Assembly (NCBI GenBank): GCA_020536535.1
Contig: JAHLWZ010000384.1
Span: 1 to 32,105 of the forward strand
Direction: 5' to 3'
Source of the DNA: Pelomyxa schiedti
Lineage: Eukaryota; Protista; Evosea
DNA length: 32,105 nucleotides
Shown here piece after piece: positions 22,892 to 32,105 of this stretch. Both the position numbers and the translations under genes were made by a program. Every line of letters begins with the position of its first letter. The stretch's first letter is position 1. The notes under the pieces were generated by a model. That model saw only the letters and a list, made by a program, of their open reading frames with translations. It was not told the DNA's origin and searched no databases.

Positions 22892-24362
22892 ATGTGGGGA
22901 GCGTCGTCAACGAGCAACGTGTGCATATACAGCAGCAGCGGGGGCTACTGCAAAAAAGGCGACGGGTGCACCCACGCCGGCACACACCCGCCGCTCTGCA
23001 TTGTGGGAGCCGCTTGTACAAATTGGGAGGTGTGTCGCCCCTTCTCCAAAATGTCCCTCTGTTTATTTAAATAGTGAATGTATTTGGCTACTACTTAGAA
23101 TCTTAAAAGTATAGTAATTGATTTACTTCTTCCTCCCCTGATATATTTAGTGCCCTCGTTTGCACCCAAATGATAGGTGCAAATATGCAAGCTCGTGTAC
23201 TAATAAGACGTGTGAGCATAGGCACCTCGGCAACCCGCGGGAGTGCCCGCATTTGGCCGTGATTCCGGCGAAGTGTAGGAATGCATATACTACTGGGCAT
23301 GTTTCCCAAAACCCTCTATCCTAATCAAAGAAAAGAAACAAAAATGTTATGATCTGACCCTTTTTTTAGGATGTGCCAGTTTGGGATTGGCTGCAGGTTT
23401 GAGCACCCTCTTTATTGCGAACGGGGAACTTGCTGTGTAGGCTTTCCGACATGTGATAAACTGCACCTTGGGGCTCCGAAGATTGAACATCTTTCACAGA
23501 AGGTACAAATACCTTCGATTTGCTTAATCTAATTGAGCAGCTGCGGCCCGATTCGAGTCGTACCATAGTTTCCAGTGCCCCGGTCCCGTCACCAACATAT
23601 TATTCCCCCTTCGCAACACAGGCATCACAGTTCCAACAGTATCCACAGCACCCAATACCTCCATTCTCCCCTCTTCCCCTCACCTTCCATGCACAGCCCC
23701 CAAATGTCCAAAGAGGCTCGGATCATCCCAAGGACAAACTCAAACACAACCGAACAGATCGGGACCATCATACCAAAATGGTCACAAGCAAATATCCTGG
23801 AACTGTGACCGGTAGTTATGCTCCACAAGTTCCGGATTACCCGCGTAATTTTCCCACCCCGCACACAGACCCACACCACACATCAGCAACAAATCCAGAA
23901 TACCACAACGCCTACCCACAGCAACAAACCCCCTTTATGTTACAACCACAACCTTCTGCCACAACAATACAGTATATATCACCCGTACCAATGATGCCAT
24001 CAGCAAGCAGCATCTACACCACAGTACATTCCCTCAATGAGGCTATACCACAACAACAATCAACCACAACCACAACACCAACACAAACACCAACAACAGC
24101 GCAATCACAATCACCATCAGCAGCAGAAAGCAACAGCGCAGCAGCACCCATAATAACCCAAACGAGCACCACACCGCCGCCTAGCCACCGGACATCCGAG
24201 CCTGAATCCGAAAATGAGTGTGCGGTTTGCATGGCGGCTGTGAGGAGTGTCCTGTTTGAGCCGTGCCATCACATCATTTGCTGTGAGGAATGTGCTTCCC
24301 GGTTAGGCAAGTGCCCCAAGTGCCGCGCACCAATTGCCTCCCACACAAAGGTATACTTCTGA
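22892..24362 (+). CDS. Multi-CCCH zinc finger plus C-terminal C3HC4 RING protein; candidate RNA-binding E3 ligase
   Basis: ATG at 22892. Fingers CIVGAACTNWE|CPRLH, CKYASSCTNKTCEHRH, CRNAYTTG|MCQFGIGCRFEH, CERGTCCVGFPTCDKLH. P/Q/T-rich linker. RING CAVCMAAVRSVLFEPCHHIICCEECASRLGKCPKCR. Confidence 0.88.
23297..23369 (+). other. GC-AG intron
   Basis: Donor GG|GCATGT, branch CTGAC at 23354, acceptor TTTTTTTAG. Only this donor rebuilds a C-x8-C-x5-C-x3-H finger. The nearby GT at 23301 leads to a stop. Confidence 0.8.
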
Positions 24363-24455
24363 GGTTGTTATGTTATTTATGTGTTGAAAATCAGTCCCAC
24401 TTTCATTATTGTTTGTTGCAGTTGCAACCTTGTGTCAAATTTTGTTTCTAATTGA

Positions 24456-26320
24456 TCAACGTTTGTGGTGTTTTTTGTTCTGGTTGCAGCATCCCTCAGC
24501 ACAAGAGCACATGGAGCCACATTGTTGTTTGCGGCGCCTGCAGGAGCAGTTGTTTAGCGAACATGGGAAGTAAATGCCCCCTTGGCAGCCACATTTGATT
24601 GTACGCGGGTGAGCAGGCACAGTTCCGGCTGTTGTTGTGTTTATCTTTGCATTTGTATTTGGGGATGGTGACTTTGCTGCTGTGTTTGTTGCCGCAACAC
24701 AGGCCTTGCCCTTGTTCCATTCCTCAACGAATTTGGCATGGCGCTGAAAGTGATCATCTTTTGTTGGAGGAAAAGGGGAAGCTGGAGTTGGTATTGGTGC
24801 TTTTTGCGGGGCTACTGCCGGGGATATTAGTTCTTGTTCCGATAGCATCAGTTGCTGTGGGTTCTGTTGATCCGCATTGTCCGCGAAATGGACTTTCTTC
24901 GACGGCAAGATGGAAGTTGTGGACACACTTGCTGATGATTCCGGGGGCGACCTGAGTATCGAGCGGAGGTGAGGTGGCTGTACTGAATCACTGTTGTGTT
25001 CTTAGTGGATAGTACTATATTGTGAGGAAATATACCTTAATTCTCCAGCGACATCATTATCTGCAGCCTTGAAATCAGACAGGGACCCCATATTGTAGTC
25101 AGCCTGGGGTTCCATTACCTAAACTTGATTAGAAGGGGTGGGAGAAATAGAAAACCAAACCTGGGAATTACTGACAGTAGCAGGAGGTACTTGTGCTACC
25201 ATATTGTTCACTGTAGCAGAGAAGCTTGTTGCAGTGGAGGCACTTGGCAATGATTCGGAGGGTGACCAGGGTACCGGGAAAGGTGAGGGGAGGTGAGGTG
25301 CCTGTGGTGACTGTTGTTTCGCTGGTGGTTGCACTGAATCGCTGTTTTCAGTTCTTAGTGGGTAGTATTGCGTTGGGATATAATTCACCTGACTTTCTCA
25401 TTGACACCATTATCTTCCGAGGGGAAATAACTCGGAGGGCACGTTGAGTGTTTATCCATATCCTCGTCTGAGTGGAATGATTCCTAATTGGAGTAGTTGA
25501 TAGGAATAGGGAAATCAAACTAAACCTGTGGCAATGGTGGAAGCGGCATTACGGACTGCCGTGGGGGTGGTGCTGGGGGTGGGTACAATTCAACCTGTCC
25601 AGTCATGTATATCACAGGTGGGAGACTGTAAATGGTTCGATTTCCAAGCCGCGTTTCCACAGGAGGTACTTCTGATTCCTTGAAGTGTATATACCAGTTG
25701 AGGCCATAGGGTATAATACTCCTTCACAGTATTTAAAATCAACAACCAAAGTAATTAGTAAATTTTATCTAAAGCATGCAATTTAGGCCTAAATTGCTAT
25801 AATTGAATAGAGTTGTTACATACAGCCTTCCAGGGCACCACCGTTTGAAATGATTCTTTAACATAGACACAGTTGTTTCCAGTGGCACACCAAAAACCCG
25901 GCGCGCCCTTGTGAGCGAAAAGAACACAGTAGATCCGTCGTTCTTGTACTCTGGAGCAACCTCAACAAGACGGATCCGGGCTCCGTCTAGGTCGAGGACA
26001 CCGGTGTCCCGCGCCAACTTGGTGTCCTCGTCGCTGCCGAATGTGGCGTAATATTCGAAGCGGCCATCGTTGGTCGTTACACTGACCCTGAAAGGGAGGA
26101 AAGAAAAAAGGGGTTGTTCAAACGCAAGATCAACACAGCAAGAGACAGGAAGCAGAAATATCAAACCGAAACCAAGTCGGTAGGAGGCGGTTACTTACAC
26201 GTTGAGGTTGTGGTTCTGTAGGACTAAGAAGATTTCATTCTGCCCGGTGTTCTCCGGGACTCCCCAAACACGTAAGGTTGGACCGCTAAACAACAACTGT
26301 TGCGGACGCGCGTTCTGCAT
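24456..26320 (-). CDS. Hypothetical protein with two RRM-like N-terminal segments, a P/S/Q-rich middle and a C-terminal Cys-rich CXC-like domain; multi-exon
   Basis: ATG at 26320: TLRVWGVPENTGQNEIFLVL ... YYATFGSDEDTKLA; RRVFGVPLETTVSMLKNHF ... WYIHF. C-terminus CGCQGGIYFPCSLNNCSCRRRKQQCGSMCSCAEGCCN. Confidence 0.7.
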
Positions 26321-27226
26321 TATGGGGTATTCTATTCGCTGCTGCTTGGCCTTGTTGTTGGTCTCAATTGTTTAAATCTTCAGCCTGTTGTAATTTGACT
26401 TGTGGCGATCTGCACCTGGTCCACTCTACAAAACTGGTCCGCACTGCATCCTCAGCCAAACCTGACGAGGCCGACAGATTTCTCTGGAGGTTGCTGTGCA
26501 ATGGTAAGATCTCTACTTTGACTTTTCTTCCACTTTGCAATTGCGTCTTGAATTTAAAGAGGAAAAAATAACCAATCATAATAAAATAAAAAACCCAACA
26601 ACACAGTTCGGGCTCCGGTGTTGTCTCGTCGTCACCATTCTACGACATTAGGTAAGCCACTTCAACATATTATATACTTCGTCGCGATGCAGTTTTCTAT
26701 GTCGTGCTTGAGGTTTTTTTTAAACATCATAAAAAAACGCAAACACAGCGACACAAAACAAGATTACACTAAGTCGGTACCTATAGTGTGCCAGTGCATT
26801 TTACTGCACTTTCTTTTCCGGGGTACCACCCAACCAAACCATTCTCCACAGTCAATACCAAGGAGTTAAAGGTATTCATCTCCGCTTCCCACAAAGTTAT
26901 CTTCTCCTGACTCTCATGTGCAGAAATTCGAATTAGTGCAAGAAACAACTACTGAATTGAATTGGAAATATCACAGGCAGGCAGCGAGATTAAAGAGGTA
27001 TCAATCCATCTCTCTGCCTACTTGCCACTAATCCCACATGCACAGAAATTCGAGTTTGAATTTGAAAACATCTTTTTTTTGAAATGTACTTGCCTTTTTG
27101 CTGTGGTCTCTCGAAAAAGCCACTCTACTAAAAAGGTACGTTGTGCAACACACTTCTCTTCCATTCCCCACTCATATCTGATCAAGAGTGTGCTCTGATA
27201 TCCCTCTATGACTTGGGAGTTCGTGT

Positions 27227-27800
27227 TCAAAACAAACCAACTATTCTATACCGCAAATGGATGATGGCTAGTAGGAGGCGAATGTGGCTTGGGTGACCAT
27301 AAGGGTGGCAGCTAGTCAACTTGCAAGGATCGATGTGGGCATACCTGTAAAATAAGCCGGACCAAGCAGACCCTGCGGGGCAGGGATGCACGTTGGGATG
27401 ACACATCCTTCCAAGCAATCCGAACGAGCCACTGGTGATTACCCCGGCTATAGGAGCTTCCAATGAGCCGTAGTCCAGGAACACACAAAACAGGAAGGCA
27501 GTACTTTGCATTCTAAGAAATGAAAATGGTATGTTCTCTCTATACTTACCTAAGAGTTATCCACTCCCACTCATTTCCATCACAGAAAATGGTTGGTTTG
27601 CCCTTCCCCTGCTGCGCACCATAGCAACTATTGGCTGAACGGCTTTAATTTACGTTTCCAGTGTCTATGATGACTGGCCTACTCGCTCTTGATTTCCTTC
27701 AATTGCGTTGAATCGGCTCTTGTGCGGTCATCATGGATCATTCCTACCCACTCGCAAACTTCAAGGTACTGCCTGCGTCCACGGCTTCTCTGCATTCCTA
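27227..27800 (-). pseudogene. Possible small spliced gene or gene remnant of unknown function
   Basis: Minus-strand donors AG|GTAAGT (about 27548) and AG|GTATGC (about 27344) flank a 94-aa ORF. No convincing continuous model or family. Confidence 0.25.
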
Positions 27801-28159
27801 ATCAAATGAAAGAAAGGGGAGGGTTTTCGCTCTGTGGAATAGCCGCTGTTCGGCACCCAACGGATACTCGAAATTGAATTCTCCCAGTGTGTCTAAATCC
27901 ACCCCAATCAGGTACCGGCCTTTCCAATACACTTCTATCCACTTACATCAAACTCCTTAGAAACTATGGGCTTTCTCTCGCCACCCAACATGCCCTTTAC
28001 TCTCGCGGGCTTTCTTTGCCTGATTTTAATTTACGAGCACCCGTTTATACAAAAGAAAGCCTTGATTTTGCCCGCTGCACAACTTTTTTTTAAGTGATTA
28101 GCCATTTGAATTGCCACCATCACTCCTTCACGATCACTGTTCCGATAAAAAAACCTCTG

Positions 28160-28347
28160 GGTAACCACTCAACAAGAAGCGGGAACAACAAGGGCACGCG
28201 GCCGCGGCCCGGCGCCTCGGCGCCACCGCTTAGCCTCGCCGTGGTGATCGACGCCAAGCAGCAGATGCTTGCTCTCGCCTGTGCCTCCCTCCCCCAACTC
28301 CGCTCCCGCTCTCCGCGCGGTTGCACCCCTTCCCCTTCCCCTTCCCC
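28160..28347 (+). CDS. Probable 5' part of a hypothetical gene truncated by the gap
   Basis: Abrupt GC-rich open frame ...VVIDAKQQMLALACASLPQLRSRSPRGCTPSPSPS, similar in style to the GC-rich first exons elsewhere in the window. Start not defined. Confidence 0.4.
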
Positions 28348-28447
28348 NNNNNNNNNNNNNNNNNNNNNNNNNNNNNNNNNNNNNNNNNNNNNNNNNNNNN
28401 NNNNNNNNNNNNNNNNNNNNNNNNNNNNNNNNNNNNNNNNNNNNNNN
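28348..28447. other. Assembly gap (exactly 100 N)
   Basis: Run of 100 N. Confidence 0.99.
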
Positions 28448-31400
28448 GGAGCCGGAGGTTCTCTTTGGCAAGAAGCTGGTATTCGTGCAACAGCTGTGGT
28501 ACGTCAACTACGCTCAGCTGCGACAGAGGCATGCTGATAAACTTGTAGGAAATCGACTCGGCTGGGGGAACCTCCATAATATATCAATTCGTGGAAATAG
28601 CAAAAGCACTTACTTGGGGTTTCGTTGGTGGAAGAATTAATGATGAAATAGGCTTGGAGGAACTATCAGCAGGTCGAACTGGAATTACATTAGACTCACA
28701 CATCGAGATGAAGAATAATAAACAATACCTGCGGGGATTACTGCAGGCATGGGTGAATTGGTCAGAGGCACCTTTGACTCAAGTTGTTCTCCTACAGATC
28801 GGGAGCGGCTGCGCTGCTGTACTATTCTCATTCCCCCTGTTGAAGGTATGGACCCAGTTTTCCGGTGCTGTGACTTTGGGACTTCCGGAATATCCACGGG
28901 TGTGGATTCTGACATAGATTGTGGGTTCATGTGCCTGAGCAGGCGTTTCAGTATAATCTTGTAAATATTAAAGTAGTTACATATTCCATTCTACTGTAGA
29001 GATGTTGAGAGAGGAGCTATCCATGTCTCGCAAGAAAGTTACAGCAGACGCTAGGTTGACAAAGTAGTAGCCAACCTCACTACTCTGGAAATCCGAACTG
29101 CGGAATGATTTAATGTACCTAAGAAGGAAAACGAAACAAGTTAGGTGGCATATTGAAGAAATAGCAAGACCTTATATTCGATACAATAGCAGGGGGATTG
29201 GCTTTCAAAACTGTATAGATAAGAAGCGGCAGTAGATCGTCAGCACCAGGTGTCCTCTGCATATATCTGGCTTTGATTCTTCAACTACAATCTTATGAAG
29301 GTAATGCACGTACTTAAGGTCTTAAAAATAGCTTGGCAACACATGAACACAGCAGAGAGTTTTTCTTTTGGTGTCTTGAAATCGTTCATTTTGCATAACT
29401 CAGTTTGAGCTACCAAGAGGCCTTCCTCTACCTCCTTGGTACTTTCTCCAAATTAGAGGAAATGAATTGATGAAGTCGCTTACTCTGGTAGATCGATTTC
29501 AAGATGTTTGAGGGTTATCCACTGCAAAGACTGCAACCGTTGTCTGATGGCTTCATCATCTTCGACGTCCTTTGTCATAATTCCGTTGCTGGCCAGGATA
29601 GGTGGAAATGTACTGAAGGTATATTAACATTCAAAACAAAATAAACCCACTTACACAGAGTAAAGTTTCCAAGTGAGAAATTTTTCAAGAGACTCCATTG
29701 TAGCGGCCACCTCAGCCTCGGACCCTCCCAACCATAATGGATGCAGGGAAAATAGATTTTCAGTGAGTGTTTTAATGTAACTCCACAGTTCCTTTCCCTT
29801 AGCATCTAAGGGCCGCTGCATATCAGAAGAGAAATCTTTCATGAATCTGGTGGATATTAGTAGAAGAAATAGCAAGGTTTAGGTTTTTATTTAGCAGGAA
29901 GGTTTCTTGATGAAGTTATACTTACTGTTGTATATTGTTGGAAACATCGGCAGCCCTTTTGTCTGTTAATTTCTCTGAGAACATGTCATCTGGGAGGCCG
30001 AAAATATTTTTTGGAGGAGAATCAGGGAATAGGGGGGCATAAGTAGCATTTGAAGCCGGTGCTGCAGTAGAGGGATTGTTTGGTGATGCGGGAATAGGAA
30101 TGGGGGAGGAGGGGCGTGGAAATTCGTCCTGAAAAAGCACTGGACTGGTTATTGGTGTAGTGGAGGTGGTATCAATTGTATTCAGAAGTGATGGTGACGT
30201 TCCAATGCTTGAAGGGGAGGGTGGAAAAGGGGGAGTAGTTGCGAATGGAGGGGGTGACTGTGGAGCTATAAGGGAGGGCTGTGGAATATAAGAGGATTTT
30301 GGTGGTGTAGTGGCAAGAAGTGAAGAATACTCCTCCACATGGGATTCCATTTCGGGCTTCTTGTCGTTGGTGTTGTTGGATTCAGCCCATTCACAGCCCT
30401 AAAGCCCAAAATTAGGGGAAATTCAAACTCATGACAAAGAGATACAGGGTAAATGAACGGGGAAGATAACAGAAACATAGCAACGATGACCCCATTCACT
30501 TTCAAAGTACTCTCTCGTAGGCGGATGAGAGAAGCACTATTTGCACCTGTATTAGGCGGAATCTCGAATTGGTCAAATAACGCTCTGAGGGAGTGTGTTA
30601 GGCCCATGAATGTGCAGTTGTGCCCTACGTACTTATTTTTTATAAATACATCTTGTAGATTAGGGTTGAGTGGGTCGAAGGATGGGAGGGGTGCTGACAC
30701 AACATAGAACAGGTCTTGCTTTTGGCTTGTTATCCCAAGCATCCCATTGAGTGAGACAAACCTAACAAAAATTAATAATTGGAAGGATTAACATGCTATT
30801 GGAAGGAGGAACCGGGTTGGATTCGCAGTAGAAAAAATTATCATATGCGCCAGCAAAAACGAACTGCAGATAGAAAGACCTTCCAGTGAGACACTATGTG
30901 GTACTATGAGGGTAGCCTTTGTCATGTGAGTAAAAAGAACTCCCATTTTAGAGAAAAGAAGTGAAAAACGTTGAGCACCTCACTTTTTACCAGCTCGGCA
31001 GATTCAATGCAATTTCCACTTACAATTGTTGTAATCACTGTGTTATTGCTTAACTCATGTGACATCAAACCCACAACTCCTCCAGAAGTTTCGTATGAAT
31101 TAGTGGGTGCAACATTTCCTACGGTTCCTTTGGGCTTGTATTTAGTAAGTGAAAGTTGAAACAAACGAAATAAGAACAGAAAAAAAAAAAAAATAAAAGA
31201 TAGCATAGAACTAGAGGAATGGGAAAACAAAAAAGAAAAAAGCCAAGGCACACCCACCACCACAGCTGATTTTCTCTTGTCACTCGTTGTTATTGTTGTA
31301 GATGTTGCCAACGACTTGACAGATCCGGAAGTACCCAATGACGACGAGGACGAGGACGAGGACCCTAGGGAGGTTGGCAGGGGCTGCGACGTGACCAGAG

Positions 31401-31800
31401 GCGCTGCTGCTGCTGTCACGCCGGGCAGCGGCACTGGGGCTTGCAGCACCCCGCTCCCGCCCCCGCTGCTGCCGCCGCTTGCTGTGGTGGTCGTCGCGGG
31501 AGTGGCGCCCGTGGGTGGCGGGGGTGTGGTGGATGGCGGGGGTGCGTGGTCGCCCCTGCCTGGCGTGGTTGGCGCCTTGGCCTTGCTTGGGGGTGCTGCC
31601 GCCCGCGGGGACTGCGCCAGAGACGACGAGGTGTTGGATCTCCTGAGGGCGGCCAGGCCCTTGGCCAGCAGGCCGCCGCCACCCCCGCCCCCCGTGCCCG
31701 TGCTCGTGTGCGCCGACGCCGACGCGGTGCTGCCGCCGGGGGTCCCTGGGCTCGTGGCCCGCACCCCGCCCCCCACCGACGACGTGGATGTCACCGACAT
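28448..31800 (-). CDS. Second copy (allele or paralog) of the VPS9-domain GEF; 3' part lost in the gap
   Basis: ATG at 31800 corresponds to 4601. Same exons and VPS9 motifs. The coding indels I checked are in-frame. Confidence 0.88.
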
Positions 31801-31956
31801 GTAGTAGTGTTGTTTACTTGAAAAAAAAAGGGAATAACACCCCGAATCGCCAGGATTTCCATAGAATGGATTTCATTTCAATGCAAACTTCCTTTCTTGT
31901 TGGCTGCGGCACAAACACCCGTGGGTTGGCCTCTGAGTCGCTATTTCCCATGAGTG

Positions 31957-32105
31957 CTATTCGTCAGGGGCAGCGTTCTCGTACAGCTCGCCGTATAGTT
32001 CTATGCCGGATAGCACGAGGAAGTTGTGGCGGGATGAGTTGTATGATGTCTGGAGTATCCTGAAGTATCTGTATGTCTGTAGTGTGCCCATACCGACGAC
32101 GGCCC
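31957..32105 (-). CDS. Last exon (partial) of a second copy of the BTB-BACK-discoidin gene
   Basis: Matches 4756-4904 (YRYFRILQT...LYGELYENAAPDE*). Confidence 0.88.
   Translation of the reverse strand, partial: AVVGMGTLQTYRYFRILQTSYNSSRHNFLVLSGIELYGELYENAAPDE

Larger units (their letters stand above)
28448..32105 (+). repeat. Near-identical direct copy of 1206-4904
   Basis: Colinear match; offset 27242 at the left end and 27201 at the right end; scattered SNPs and indels. Confidence 0.98.

Noticed and set aside
16794-26320. Functional RNA-metabolism cluster (Rae1, CCCH-RING, RRM-like)
   Set aside because: Adjacency of common eukaryotic gene classes is not evidence of a system, and I found no shared regulatory motif.
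28094-28640. Several ORFs spanning the second gap
   Set aside because: They are artefacts of translating through N.
30922-31800. Apparent intron loss in the second VPS9 copy (uninterrupted 292-aa ORF)
   Set aside because: The T-rich intron and its splice signals are still present; it is merely stop-free and in frame in this copy.
1-32105. Prokaryotic operon, CRISPR array, rRNA/tRNA, transposon or alternative genetic code
   Set aside because: I saw no spaced repeats, RNA-gene signatures, transposase/RT motifs or terminal repeats. In-frame stops are explained by introns under the standard code.

Overview
This is eukaryotic, gene-dense, intron-rich DNA with mostly 35-120 nt introns. It is most likely from an amoebozoan, probably an archamoeba such as Pelomyxa. 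That is an inference from the Entamoeba-type transmembrane kinase, the Roco protein and the gene style. The window is three contigs joined by two 100-N gaps (513-612, 28348-28447). The central contig carries about 10 spliced genes: a VPS9 Rab-GEF, a BTB-BACK-discoidin protein, an EGF/CUB receptor TKL kinase, folylpolyglutamate synthase, a GATA factor, a hypothetical gene, Rae1, a Roco protein, a CCCH-RING protein and an RRM-like/Cys-rich protein. Both flanking contigs are near-identical copies of parts of the central one (1-512 = 24249-24772; 28448-32105 = 1206-4904), so this is either a >=27 kb head-to-tail repeat or concatenated haplotypes. The best-supported unusual signals are an obligatory AT-AC U12-type intron in Rae1 (implying a minor spliceosome), an obligatory GC-AG intron inside a CCCH finger, a Roco protein with an extra degenerate N-terminal G-domain and a pseudokinase, and an EGF-EGF-CUB receptor kinase whose EGF exons the ORF track misses. 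All domain calls come from hand translation and motif recognition, not from database searches.
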